A stretch of 64,000 nt of DNA, taken from assembly GCF_000150275.1 (NCBI RefSeq), contig NW_002060943.1:8707070-8771069 (forward strand). The letters run 5' to 3'. Shown in pieces: positions 36,058 through 51,500 of the stretch. The position numbers and the translations under genes are program-made. This stretch comes from Trichoplax adhaerens. Lineage: Eukaryota; Animalia; Placozoa. How positions within the stretch are numbered: the stretch's first letter is position 1; the number at the start of each line of letters is the position of its first letter. The notes beneath the pieces were generated by a model, which had not been told where the DNA came from, ran no database searches, and worked only from the letters and a program-made list of their open reading frames with translations.

Positions 36058-37530
36058 ATTTCTCCCAGCATAACTTAGTGATTGATGTTAATAAAATTTC
36101 GAACACCATTTGCTATGAGTTTTTACACTATAGCGTAATGTTTGGTGATTATGTGCCTAAGTATGCCGCATAATTTAAACCTGGTATAAAGTTACCTTAA
36201 CATTTTATGTAATTACAATTTATTCTTGCGATGTTCTCGAAATTTTGAAGGAAATTGTGATTTAATACCGTACTCTGTTAATGAAATTACTCTTTACTTT
36301 ACATCTCATATGTAAAAGTAAGACAACACTAAATTGAAAAATTGCATATTCATCCTTTACGCGCATTTCCTAAATTTTCGATGTAAACATCATATTGATT
36401 AGCTTACAAAAATATTACCTAAGATTAGGCTTCTGTAACCACATTCACTTGTATTTCATTCACATTTGAAATCAATCAATTTCTATAGAGTAATTGATAT
36501 TGTATACTATGATTCTGTAACTACATATATTTAATATTTCATAAATTTAATTCGGTAGCTACAATATAAAAATAAATAAAGTCGACGAAAATGTAACAAT
36601 TGCTTACACTACTTAGTATAATAATTTGCTTTAATTTTATAATATCGAAAGTGAATGCAATGAAAGTTAATTTTTAGAATTTTCCTTCAAGTTCTTATAT
36701 CGTAATTATTCTTGCCTAGTTTTTTTTTATTGTGATAAGTATTCTAGCTTTAAAATTATGACTTACTTGGTTGATTATAATAGTAGATTTTACTTAATAT
36801 TTTCTTATATTGTAAACCCAACTGCTTTATTCGGGTTAGAAGTTAGGATAATCCGTAGCATAGGTTTTGTTAAGAATCGGATATTATGATTTTGTAATTC
36901 AAGCGATGTATTTAGTAATAGGATATATGTGTTCTAATTTTGATCATTAATTATAGTAGAAGTTAATGTTTCTTTGTAATTTCATACAGTATGAATCCCA
37001 AACATTTGATCTGGAATTGTTGATTTGTCTTATTGTTTACTATAGAAAGGTACAGTTTCAAGCTATACTATACTTAGTATCAATTAGTTGTTTTCTTGAG
37101 TCTAGGGTATAATTTATCTCATCGAGTGTGTTTGATTGCTAGTTTAATTTGGAGTACTTTAGAATGATAGTTGGATAGTCTAATGCTACCAACTGCTATG
37201 TGTAGTATATAAAAGGCAGCGTAGTTCGGTAATTTACTGCAGTTAAATTAGAGAAGACAAGAGAAGAAAAGAGAAATCTAGGATAATCGTGAGTTATCTC
37301 ATTAATTGATAGTTTGGTTGATTGGGGGCAGTAGTTCTGTCCGTATTTTGTTACTCATTTAAGAAGTTTTGCTAAGATAGTTATTAAAGTTATAATAAAC
37401 CGGTGTTTTTTCCCTAATTCATTTTGTTTGGACTTCAATTGTTGGTAGTGTAATTTAATTTAGTAAAATTTTTTTTTTTGACATACGATACTATTTTAAC
37501 ATTAAATTCCCTTACTGATTATTGGCGAAT

Positions 37531-37865
37531 AGAGAAAAAGTCTATTGTAAGTCCTGAGAATTAATATTATGACTAAGTTGAAGACCATAAATCGTAATTG
37601 CTAGGTCATTTAGTTTATAAAAGGAAAAAATCTATTGTTAACCTTGAGAATTAGTGTTATAACTAAGTTAAACACTATAAATCATAATTTTTGGAAGGTT
37701 TAGTTGAAGAATAGTAAACAACTAATTTAAATTTACGGAGGTTATGATATTGCTAAATTTAAATTATCTGTTAAAAGGTTCCACTCAGCTATGTGATTAT
37801 TTAGTAAGGTATATAAAAAATTAATTGTAAAGCATGTGAATTATGATATTACTAATCTTAATGCT
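37531..37865. repeat. Degenerate tandem repeat, about 90-bp unit x3-4
   Basis: tctattgtaagtcctgagaattaatattatgactaagttg (37541) versus tctattgttaaccttgagaattagtgttataactaagtta (37631). Weaker copies at about 37721 and 37821. Confidence 0.7.
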
Positions 37866-38826
37866 ATTAGAATATTGCTGGTATTGTACCACAGCAATAT
37901 TTCATTATAGAGGAGTTTTCAAGTTTAGTAGCATAGCTTTGTTTAGATTACGAGATAGTTCACACTTTACACGCCTTGTACTGTAATATGTGATATGTCA
38001 TTAATTCACATTAGGTCGTATATCAATACTTGATGATCCTGTAAATAGGCATAATGTAATCTTATGATCTTATATTATTCATCAGATATCTATGCTCTAA
38101 ATATTGCCGTATTAATTAGACATTTAGGTATAAATTTACCCGATTACATAAGCGCTGTTGAAATTATTATAACTTCTGGCTCCAAGGAAAGGTATATAAA
38201 AAATAAAATTATTTCTTCAATTTAGTGTTTAACGTTAAGTTACAGTCGTACAAATCACTAAATATCTGATTGTGTAATAACCGAGTAATAGTCCTCTGCT
38301 ATTACTGTAGATTTACTTACCTAACCCCAAATTTGAATTAACAAAATGGAGTAATTCCTTAACGTGATACACGAATATATTTTGCTATCATATACTGCCT
38401 TCACTGGAGAATCCCAGTCATCTACTAGAAACAGCACAAGTACACCATCTCATCCTATTAGCTACCTGCTGTACTACTACAATTAACTAAAATCAATACA
38501 GAGGAATTAGGGATAAATATTCCTAAGTATTACTTTAGATGGATTTTAGTGCCTTGATACGTATTTCAAGGCGACAATTTGTAGATCTAGCTTTTTCGTT
38601 ATTTTGGTCATAGAACTGGTTTATGACATACTGGTATAGGGCATTAATAAAATTGATGTTAATTTAAAATTCCATATTGAATAGAAAATACTATTTGCGG
38701 TAAAAGCGTTTTAACTAAGCCCTTGATCAGTTTGTTAATAGGCATAGATGGTATAACTTAGCCCAAATACAAATCACTATAGTAATGGACGATAAAGCTG
38801 ATATTTTTACTTTGTTGCTGTAGTAA

Positions 38827-39590
38827 TTACTTGAATTGTCTCCTATAATTACAAAAAACAATGGAATCATTACAAAATTTTTAACTACAAGTGCCTTTTT
38901 ATTCCCATTTCATGCTCGATCATACTATAAAATTGGAATTTCAACTTTATCGCTTTAGAACTTACTGGAAATGTCTTCACATGGTTACAAAAAGCCATAG
39001 AATAATTACTAAAGTTATTAACTATGAGCACCTTTTTCTTTCCATTTCATGTTCAAGTATAGACTGTAACATAACTCTAAATATGCTTAACTTATGTTTA
39101 ACAATTTACACTGTAGAAATCTGTTAGACTCTAGCTAGATTATACCGTAGCATTATCCTTATATAGAAGTAACATATTATTATGAATCATTCGTGTCTAT
39201 AAGTAATTTCCTCCTGCTGTGTCTTAACATTATAAAAGCTATCTTCTTCGCCTATCTCATTAGTTAGTTCTGGTAGTTACACGGTAAGTTTGCACACTTT
39301 ACCTATTCTACACTACTATAGTTATTCGACTAGTCACGTCGTTACTCGCGCGATAATCTTATACGATTATTCTCTTACACTAGCTCAATAAAGATTACTC
39401 TTCCATTAACTATTCTATTGTACTTTATTGCGACTAATGCCGAACTCTCAACTTTCCGAAACATCACAGCTATATTAGTTACTTAAATTATCTTCATATA
39501 ATTACAAATCTAATATAATCATTGTGAAAGTTTCAACTATAAGTGCCTTTTTATCTCCAAAAATTTTATGCTCTATTGCTGAAATAGCAA
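38827..39590. repeat. Three degenerate copies of a ~110-bp element
   Basis: ttacttgaattgtctcctataattacaaa...aactacaagtgcctttttat (about 38827); ttactggaaatgtcttcacatggttacaaa...aactatgagcacctttttct (about 38962); ttacttaaattatcttcatataattacaaa...aactataagtgcctttttat (about 39479). Confidence 0.65.
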
Positions 39591-42308
39591 TACTGCACCA
39601 ATTTTTAAATACCGTATACGAAATTAAAAATAAATAGGGTATTTTTAGCAAATAGACAAATAATTTAGTTTAGCACTTTAATCCTGGTACTACCATGTAA
39701 ATTAAATAATCAATTAAGAAAATAGCTTCAGTTAGAAAATATATCGCCGGAGTAATCATAATTATCATAATAACAACATTTATTTACGAGGTAGTTTTGC
39801 ATTAAAGTAGTGTGTGATGTGATTAGTGTGCATTGGCAAGCAAAGTCTACCTTAGTGTAGCATAAAAATTGAAGAGGTGATAGGTTAGCTATAAACATAT
39901 GTTTTATATTGTAAGGTCAAATAAGTAAGACACGACCTTGTTGATCAGAAAATAACTGCACCATTCAAAGATGGTCCTCAAATATGCTATTTTTATTTAC
40001 ATCGATCGCATATTTATAAAATAGGTATCAAAACTCCGTCTTCTTATTTACAGTCTAATTAATACGATGTAACTTTATCATTAATAGTAATGCATGTATA
40101 TATCATACGTATACGCGTATGCTTTTGGATAATTATGCAAATTCTCAATTCTAATTTTTGAGTAAAAGTTCCAAATACTTTGTGAGGATGCCCTGATATT
40201 ACTAGCACAGCAATTATAGAACAATTATTTTGTATAAACTTGATTTTCGCCAGTAGGATGTCCATACCTACTTGCTAAGACCATCTTTGTTGATAGCTAA
40301 GATTCAAAAGCAATATAGCAACTATTGCCAATTGCAACGGCGTGTGATCTGTATCTGAAAAGAGCACATATTTCTTTTGTACAGTGAATGCCGTACGCAA
40401 CATTTTGGGGTTGAACTATCTTAGGCTCACAAATCACTTATTGCGAAATTCGAAATATTAAACTGAGAAAATCTCCAATATGACACAAAAATAGTTAACA
40501 CCTCTTTTAACCTTAATTAATGTTTATTTTGAGCCCATATGTTGGAGGAGAACCCGCTTTTTCCCTTCATGGGAACAGCTGAAAGCAGTAAATATATATA
40601 TTCTAATGATAATAAATAAGTATATCGTATGATAAAGTATGTGTTAAAATCATTACCATATATAGATAGATATACGTGTATACAGTACGGATATGCTACA
40701 TATCATATCTAAAGTACCAAATACAAATTCTTAGCATGTACCGAAACTATACTGCATTAATTAGTATCTATCGTACCGATTATATTCATTCGTCCGTTTT
40801 GTCTTTGAGCAGTACCACTAGGGCACCCATAAATAAATGCATATACGAGTAATATGTACGCTCGTACATCGGGCAAGAATCGGATTGTTATGGCGCTAAG
40901 GTTTCATAATGCTGCAGTTAATAATTATGTCGTACTATGGCTATTGCTTGCCACATCAATTAGATAACAATTCTAAATTACTAAGTGCTATCTAGTTTAT
41001 TTACATTTGTGGTTACAAGAAGTATAGAGAATGAGATAGTCATTTTTATAGTCCTATCTTTCATCTCGTGCCAAGACTCAGAGCTCAAATTAGTTACTAA
41101 TTAGTTTTTTGGCAACTGGTGCTATTTACGCTATATTTCATAATAAAATTTACAGATAGGCTGCAAAAGTATATTACTTTATGCACACTTAACTTTATTT
41201 TCTACGAAGGAGCATGATAGCCTGTATTCATCTCGTCCCTGTAGTTATTATTATTCTTGCTATACGTTTAATTCTGCGCGTTTAGTTACCCAATGAGCGT
41301 AATTTTATATGAATTCTGCTTGTTAAGAATGTAACTAAATTTAAATAATCAAGCAGCATTTTTTTCTGAGCCTACTAGAGTCTGTCCATAAACCGCTGTG
41401 AGCAATCTGTTTACTCTCAAAAGTACCGTACTTTAGAGCCGCTTAAGATACGTTGATTGCAAGTATTTAGATTTTAAAAATTCTTGCAAGCTGATTATAA
41501 CACGGATATTAAAAACACGTAAAAATGTGTACACAATGAATATTCAGGGTATAAAAGAGCATGTTGAGTTAGTACCGTGTAGAACATGCTAAAGTATCAC
41601 AAAGATACGGCACTTTATACTGAAAATACTTACATTGTTGTAAAGGTTGAATATTTGATCAATTTTTTCATATGTTATGTCATGTTTGAAAGTATCATGA
41701 CGCAAATAAGCTAAAATGTTGTGTTTACAACGTCTCCCGTATTGCTATTCAATGTAGCTGATATCATCTTTTATTTGTTTTCTTCTTTTAGAAAAATATT
41801 ATTATAGCCAATATTTATAATTGACGAATTCTTGATTGTTAACTTGAGGTCATTTTCTGACTGGGTTCGATTTAATAAATAATAAATATGGTACAAAATC
41901 TGTTCTGTAAAGAAGAAAAGGCTGATATTTACTTATCAATTAGCATAATGTTCATTTAAAACCCTCTGACGCTATCATAATATCAATAATTAATTAATCG
42001 ATTCAACCATGGGCGTAGAAATTTAAAATGCGCCGTATTACCATGCAGTAAAGCCCCTTCGAATAATGTAGTTTAGGTTACAGTTTTCAATTTTGATTTT
42101 TCAACTGAGCATACCACACAAGTAGTTCTGTTACGGCTACCAGTTCTGACAGTACTATATGCAGAGCAACACTTACCGAATTCTAGATAGTGCAAACACG
42201 ACTTGCATTAGAAAATTTCATTTTTTAGTATCCTAGTTTAATTATTAAAGTTGGAGTTCTTGAAATATTGCTATTTTAAAATTTCGGATATTAAATTAGC
42301 AATTCATT

Positions 42309-42531
42309 ATGATGAAACCCTTAAATTCAAGTTTTCTAGTAATTTACGTTTTCGTAACATTACTTGGTTTTGGAATACGAGCGCCTGTAATAGCGGTACA
42401 AGCCAATAGAATGGAAATACCGATAGGTTTGTTAACAGAATCAAGCGAAAAATTAAAATGATGGGGTGTAATGTTCAAATACTATAGGAAAGAGAATGCA
42501 GTAGATTTTATCTTTGCTTTCTTTGGTATGA

Positions 42532-42569
<38 letters not shown>

Positions 42570-45500
42570 AAAAAATATTTGATGTAAATGAGAGCAAAGA
42601 GTTTTCCGGCAAGAAATTATCTTAAATTATTAATTTCATTGCTAAACAATTTACCTTACATTTTTGTTTATTGCCATCCAATTGACAGCTAGTAACGGCC
42701 GGCATAGGTGGTTATCCAAATTAGCACTTCTATTGTAATGTTAGCACGCAGATACTAAAAGTCTAACGCCGATGCTTTAATATTTGCTCATCATAAATTG
42801 AACGTTCTTTTACGCTACTTAAAGAGCAAACCCATTCTTTAGTTTAGTCTTGATAATCTATGGCTTTACTAAGCTTAGTTCCATAACCACTGGCAGAAAC
42901 AAGATCTTCAAGTTACAGTTCCAGCGCAAATTTTATTTTAAGCATAAGGAACTGAAACTATTATTCGATATTATTAAAGATATACAGCATCTCTCTGGTA
43001 ACGAAACAAGAGTTAAATTTTTTCTTTGGAGTTTTTAATTATGAGGATCCTTTAATATTTATCAAGAGGATAGAAATGGTTAATCTTGATGCAACTACGA
43101 CATACATTAATATTGAATTATTTAAATTAGTTTATAGCTAGTAAATGTACTGCATTTTTGTGAGATTAAAACCTTGGGAATCGTTTAAAATATATAAATA
43201 GGATCAAATTTATTAAACCGAGCGGCTATCTTGCTAGATTATTTAAATTATCGATCAAACAGGGAAACAGTTGTTTGGCAGAAGAGTGTATCAAGGCATT
43301 AAAGTCAAGTTAGTGTAATAAATAAGTTCAAACCATTACTTCTACCACAGCGATTAGGCCAATTTATTGTAGTATTTAAAATGATCGATCCAACAATGAA
43401 AATGCGTAATTTTAAGTAAATCAACAACCATTACCGACAGCGAAACAGCCACAGTGCTGTTTTTCTTATGTTTATTTCGATCTGCAAGAATCATCCAATA
43501 TTAAAAGAAGATCCATGATATTAATTCTGATACGATTACTAGGCTAGCCTTATGTCATTAGACAATTGATCTGCCCATCTAACAGACCCTATAGTCTCAT
43601 TTTTGCGAGCTGTAGCAATCATTTTAAAATGGTTAAATCAAATAGCAATTTTACTGTAGTTACTAATTAAAATGTAATGTAGTTAACAGGAGTGCCCCGA
43701 AAGTAAGCATGGAGATTCCAGAATTTGTTCTTTTTTGTAATTAATATGTTTTATAGGATTTGCATAATTATTTATTCCTGTTCATATAAGAGCATTAAAA
43801 ATAGCTCAATCTTAGTTTAAATTATGCTGTCTGATTTCGAAAATGTCAACGGCTATTTTAGATCAGTAGAGCCAATATTTGAAATTATTTCACCGTTACT
43901 TCTCTTTATAACTAATAGTCGTCATAGTATCGTACATGAGATTGCACTTGTAATACAATCACGTCTATTTAGTAATATTATGTATTGGAAAACATAAGAA
44001 TTGACCTTAACAGTTATTTTAATATAATTTCTCATCATAGCTGTCCTAGCAGATGGACGAGAACAGAAATTTCACGATATCATCCAGCTAGCTGCGGATC
44101 ACATTAATGGAGATCCAGCATTTGCGTTTAATATAATGATAAAGTTGAAAATCTATAATGTGACAAATTATCAACCTTTCCTGTGTCAACAAGAAGGTAA
44201 TATAATTTATGCTACTATAGTATTGCTAACTCAGTTACACAGTAAATGTTTCTACTCATTTTAAAGCAATTTGTTTAAAAGCGCTATCTATACTTAGCAT
44301 CATAGTCGTATACAGTAATAATACTTAGATCGCAGTATTGGGAACAAACCCGACTTGAATTTTTGGATAAATTAAAAAATGAGCAAAACTGATGTTATAC
44401 GACGATATCAGACAAGTTCAATTTTTGAACGGCTTTCATAATGACATTCAATTATGTGTACCAGATTTAAGATGTAAATTATACTCCTGTTTTAATCTCC
44501 AGCACGATAGCAAACTGCAAGTATAGAATATATGGATATTTATATAATAAAGCGACTCTCGTAATAAAAATGAATTTTCGTCTATCCTAGATGGATGCAA
44601 TGTATTTCCGTTATCGTGCTTATTATACTTATGTAACATGTGACATTCATATAACTGTATATGTAAATGAACAAATTTATCCGAAATATTTTTAAGGTTG
44701 TCGTGCTGTCGATGACAAAGTTTGGGCAATTATTGGGCCTTTAACATCGAGTGATGTCGAAGCTGTTCAGTACATGGCAACATCGCTAAGGGTACCACAA
44801 GTAGCACCGATTGCAACTTATCCAGGTTTTGATGACCGACCAAGCATGGGCTATTTAGTTCGCATGTCACCTAGCGATAAGTGGCAAAGTCGAGTATTAG
44901 CAGATATATTCCAACGATTTCATTGGTCTTATGCCGCTATCATCGTTTCCAACACGGATTATGGTATGTACGTAACAACATTTATTCGTTATACATAGTA
45001 CTACAGTACATCCCGTAAAGAAATTACATAAGTACAAAACTTAAGGCTATAGATTTAACAGATGAATAAGATGAAGAGCGTTCCTTAATTTTCAGGCTCT
45101 GCACCTTTCATTGCGTTAATACCAGTGACTAATTTAGTCATACAGTAATATTTATTCTATAACAGAAATTTTTAAAGATTTAAGAAAAATAATGCTATAT
45201 TAGAATTATCTATTTTCATAAATTAATGAGTTGAAATGCGTAGCTTTCAATAATTATAATAATTGACTCTATGATAACTATACTAGTTTTAGCCGAATCT
45301 GTAATAAGATCCACATGTCACAAAACAGTTTTGCGACAAGTTTACGTAAAAAAATCTCCAAATTTCTAAAGTTGGTGGGTTTTATTGTCTCTTAACTACT
45401 CACAAGAACTTAGACGCCTTTGTTTCTAGGTTGCAAAACTATAGAATTGATTTTATTCAATGGTCTACCTAGCTTCAATACCTATCGGCAGTGGCCAACA

Positions 45501-48500
45501 TTGATAAATCATTCTACAATAATATTTATCGATATGGACATTTACTGACTGATTTTGCCTAATCGGACTACAATATGTATTCGCAGAGTCATGTCAATAC
45601 ACCTACATACTAGCATTAATCTCAATTACATTTACAAGAGCTTGTAATGTATGCAAGTATTATATAGAATTGTATTACAATACAACATATAATTTACTAA
45701 CATATTATAACTTCAGTGATTCCTACTGTAAGCAATTAATTGTAATCACCATATATAAATGTTAATTCTTTAAATTTTATCATTTAATTCTTCACAGTAA
45801 TTCGTATCGTGACACCATAACGTACGGAGATTATAATAATTTTATAGAAAAATTCTATGAATGAGAATGCGACATATTATAACGGATTAATAAGTTGAAG
45901 CCTGTTTTTACATTTTCTTGCAATATTAAATCATCCTTTAAAGTTATGCACAAATGACCGTTTTATCAGATGTAATTTCGCATTTTATCACGAAATCATA
46001 CTTATACTCGTTTAAATGAAATATTCCTATATGTGAGAATGGATAATGTAAGTTACTATAAGGAATATTTCGTAAGGAATAAGGCCAGCCGTACTGACAC
46101 ATCCTACGTCATTAGTAGCTAAAATACAGTATGAATAAATAAGCAATTAACTCAGCGTTTAACTATTAAGTCTATACCGCAAATTGTAAATAAAATTGGG
46201 ATCTTTCACGTATGATTACTCTTAATATTAGCTTTTTAAAGATATTTCTGTTCGTCTTCAATATTGTAACCTTTACATATGCTCAGGTATTAATTCGGTA
46301 TCCGAGTTTCGAAATGTTGCAGCGGGACGAGATTGGAAAATTTTAGCGTTTGAAACTTTTAATACAGAAGAAACTAATAATTTTCCGATTATCGATGATC
46401 ATTTAATGAAGGTTAAAAATTCAGGTAAACATAATCTGAGATAATAAACAATGATTGTATCTTTTTTCCCTGAATTGATAGAGATATTAAATTATTAAAG
46501 GGGCTAAAGTCATCATTCTAAGCTGTCTCTCCGATCAGGCTGCCATTGTTATAAAACGAGCTCATAGATTGGGATTAACTGGCAATGGGTTTCAGTGGGT
46601 TCTCTTCGATAATACTATTACTGAGGTATTGCAACGTTTGGACATACTTTGGTTACTATGTTAAGTATTATGATACCACCAGAAGAGTTCATACTTTGGT
46701 TTCGAACCTACCTTATCGTTACAAAAATTACTTTTTAAATTGTTTACTTTAGTTATTGCTATAACGGTATAAAATCTTGTATTTTATCACGTAATCTTGA
46801 AAGCTTTGAAATATTTGCACCATGAATAGAATTTTCAAAGATTTTTTAAATTTAAAAGTAGCTTGAGGATTGTAAAATGTCTTGAGTTCGTTTAGCAGTA
46901 GTATTTGGAATAGTTTTAATTATAATTATTTGAAGTATGAAGGATTATGAATGATAAATTAGCGATTCAAATCAATCTGTTGTCTTGAATATAAAATTAT
47001 TTATATATCAGTATCCATTGAGTAGAAATTTGTTGCTATCTTAAACCTAAATTAAAATGCAGCTTATACTAATTGTAGATCCATTCATTCATACCTTTTC
47101 TTTTACTAATTTCAAACATTTTTCAGAGTTATTTTATGCTATTTAACACAAATTTACTAATGCTCACTTTTAGGGTTGGTTGAACCTTGATCCTCCTGGT
47201 TACTTGACTGGTGCTATAGGAATCATGAGCTCCAACGATAAAGGTGAACTATATGGACAAGTTGAAACTGCTTGGAAAAGGAAATATAAAACAAGTTTAG
47301 AGGTAAATTTAACCTATGCTTAATATTGCAAAGATTTCAGATGAGTAGTTCACTTGAAAAGTAAAAACAGCAAAATTAGATTTCTAATGGCAGCATAATA
47401 ATGCATGCAATTGTCTTTATAATTTCTGCTATATTCTAGCAAGAGATCGCATAGCCGTCTCTTAAAGTATTGAAAAAAAGCTTAACGACAGTTGATCAAA
47501 CTTAATTCTTATCAGATTGATATTATACAAAAATAATTTTCAATTCGTCATAGCTATTAACTTAATATTTAACAAAGACCAAAAGCAATTTAGACCTTAA
47601 CCCTAATTAAATTTTACATATGAAACTACTATCACATTTTCATCCTCTAAAATGTTAAGTTATACAAATTTATCTAATTTAAACTCATCATTGATAAGAA
47701 ATATCATTATTATTGTTTCTAGCAGACGTGGCTACTAACTTTTTGCTGACTTCGAGTGAATAAAATAAACAGTAGCAATCTTTTATTTTTATAACGTAAA
47801 GTCTTATAATTGTTATTAGTTGTAAGTAACTGTTAGGATTAATGACACCTTTCGCTTCCAGATGATATTTAACGTATCATCACCTATAATAACGAGTTCG
47901 CAATTTTAATTTACAATATCATCCATGCATTCATGGATCAACAGGTAGCATACAGTAAGTTTGAGCATGTTTTAATATAACAAAATTGCAATTATCATAA
48001 ACCAAAGTTTTCTAAAATGAATATGGGCAAAAAATTGAAATATAATACAAGTGTGTTACTTCATTATTTTATTTTCTTACATTATAATGATAAATTCCAC
48101 AATTTAACAGGATTATTAATTATTCTAGCATCGCATAACATTATTCTGTACTACCAATAACATTTTTGTAACTACTCTTGGTGCTATTCAAACTTCCATA
48201 AGATGATAGAAATTCACAGATGTGTAATGAATATCATTTGATACAGACTAGATGTACGAATTTGAAATTATCAGCTTTAATTGTAATTTAACACAGTTCC
48301 AAGTTAACGTTGTGATTATTATTTATATCTTCAGCCGGTGTTTCTACGATATTATGACGCCGTCATAGCAATCGCCTACGGCTTAAGAGAATCATTCTCG
48401 CAATTACAAAGTATTGCTCCAATAAAATTATCATGCCTAAATTTGTCAAAGTGGGAAAATGGTCAAATATTGCTGCAAAATATTGTGAAGGTATGTCTAG

Positions 48501-51500
48501 ATAAAATTTACTTCGAACTTACAAGGAATACGTACTCTACGGAGGGTAATTTCCTAGTAAAACTAGGATTAATCTAGTCATTCGTCAGCGTCTAGTTAGT
48601 AATTGTTCTAGTTTTTCAAACCATATGAAGTTCAAAGCTATTTTTGGGCAATAAATACATTAATTTTGTTATATCTTGAGATTATGAAAAGAAAATATTG
48701 TTATAACTAAGCAATTGCTAACAAAAGTATTTCTGTAAAATACTATAAATATGTTGATTTAGATATGTATATTCCTAAATAAGTAAATTTAATCATAAAG
48801 ACGTTCATTATGAAAACTAGGCTACATTAAGACGTAATAGAATTCTTGACAGCATTGTATATTTTAAAATAAAGTAATCCATCAATTTGTTAAACAAATT
48901 TAATTAATAGTCGAAAGGCCCTGGCTCTTCTGGACCAATCCGTTTCGACGCTAGACATGCACCATACAATCCGAACTATGAAGTAGTTAATCTAGTTAAT
49001 AAGACCTGGAAGAGTGTAAGTATAGTATATATGTGCTAGTCTAGATTCCAACGTAATTTGGGTGTTAAAAATAATCCAATGTAAGCTATCACCTTTATTT
49101 CATTTATCAAATGCAGATTGGGAGCTGGAACAAAGTATCAGGTGCTACAATAAATGGGGTTGCAGTTAAATTTATGGATAATATTCATGATTCGCGTAAA
49201 TTTGATACTGGCCTGCAAGGAAAGCATTTCAATGTAACAACGAAAATTGTAAGCTATGTCAGCAAATTTAAACTGTATAACAGCTAAAATATTAAAGGGA
49301 AAATATTATGTCACAGTCATGAAAATAACTTAAGTGCGGATATATAGTTTGCGATAACATTTTGTATTGAACTCCTTAGAAATATAAAGCACTGCTTTAG
49401 AAAGCGTTATTGTTAGTGATAAAGTAAATCCTTATGATATTATGATGGAATAGTAAATGTTTCCAGTAGGTATTAAAAAAAAAAGAAATTTAATGGAGCT
49501 TGTAATTGAGAAAAACTTATGTATGAAATTGTTTATTACTTTAAATACCCGTATATGATAACTACTTAATCGTAATAACATTATTGTTATTAGAAATAGG
49601 CTGATAGCGTAGTAAATATGTTTGCTACGATTGATAGAGTATATATAATCGGAATAGTAATCAATAAAAGGTGAAGAAGAAGAGAACTACGTTATATTGT
49701 ATTATGCGTTAGTGTGTGTACTTCGTAATGATTCCAGTTACCATACTGTAAGCTAGGGAAGTAATCTTACGGATTAAAGTAAAATTTACTACAAGTGTTG
49801 AGTCGTTTCTTGAGTCGCAATTAATACGTCTGACGTTTCATTTGATTTAGGATCCACCGTTCTTGAATTATAAAGCTGATTGGGCAAAATTGAATGGGAA
49901 TGATAGATATGAAGGTTTTATCACAGATCTCTTGAACAGATTGGCTACATCATTAAAATTTACGTATACATTGCAATTAGTCAAAGATGACAGCTATGGT
50001 GGATATAATACAGAGACGAATAAATGGAGTGGAATGGTCGGCGAATTAACGGATCAGGTTAGATGCATGCAGATCTGGCGCATCATGATCTGGTAATTTT
50101 ATATTTTTCTGGTATGAAATTAACGAAGATGCCTCAAACACACTTTTTGGACGACATTGTTTTTTTCTGATCAAATTTGACGCGATTTAATATCGATAGG
50201 ACGCTGATATTGCTGCTGGAGCATTTTCCATATCTGTCAGTCGAGCGGGAGAGATCGATTTTACCATACCTTTCCTCGATCAAGGGGCTACCATTCTAAT
50301 CAAAAAGCCTGAAGTTCGCCCACCTTCAATTTTTCAATGTTTTGCACCTTTTACTGGATATTTATGGTTGTGTATTTTAGGACTTATAATTATTCTAGCA
50401 GTTGCCTTCTTTACAAATGGTTTACTTAATCCTTTTGATACGTACGGTTTGGCTACAGAAAGTTTGCCTATATCTAAATTAACACAAAATATGGACGGTA
50501 GTCAACTGGTAAAAGTTCGAGAAATTCGAGAATGGAAAAATGGCAATGAGGAAACTATTTCTTCTCTAACCGTGGGTAATGCGATTTGGAATTCCCTGGC
50601 AACCTTTCTACAACAAGGAAATGATAGAGTTCCTATTGCATTATCCGGTCGAATAACGCTAGTCGCTGCCTGGATAATGGCATGCATTGTCATTGCTACC
50701 TATACAGCTAATCTGGCTGCGTTTTTAACGGTTGATAGCCTAAGTTCAGGTATCGACAACTTTAATAATAGTAGACAACATCATATATATTAAAATCGTT
50801 TTTATTTATCCTTTCATTTTTTCATGACTTATGTTTAAGTATTTTTTGACGTTGTTCTTTTTATATGCTTTCATAGATATCAATTCAATCCAGAAGTTAG
50901 CTTCTCAAAGCAAAGTCAAATATGGAACAGTATCTGGTAGTAGTGTACACAACTTTTTTCGGCAGACTAGAATAAGCCCATACTATGAAATGGCAAGCCA
51001 TCTAGTCAATGTTCCAAGTACGGAAGTGGGCGTTAATAAAACTCGACAAGGAAATTACGCATTTTTATGGGATGCAGCTTTACTGAGTTACTACAAGAGT
51101 AAATACTGCAATCTAATAACCGTAGGCCAAGAATTTCGTAAAGATGGCTACGCACTCGGGCTCCGGAAAGGATCTCCATTCACTAATGAAATTAGCATTG
51201 AAATTTTAAAATTAAGACAAAGTGGTTATGTGGCGAGTAGGCTTAATGCATGGTTCGTCTAAATATAGTAAATTGATAATGAAAGATAATGCAAAAATTG
51301 TTGCTTATCAGAAAAATTACCATACACTATAGTTTATTAGTAAAATTTTTATCTAATAAGTTACTTGCCTTCATTAAAATCTTTATAGGCATGTATAATT
51401 TACGACAAATTACCACTACGCAGTAGACTGCTATTAAAATACGGTATAGACACTACCGCCTATCAGTAAAAGTATTTTTAGCTAGTTATTCATCTTTCTT

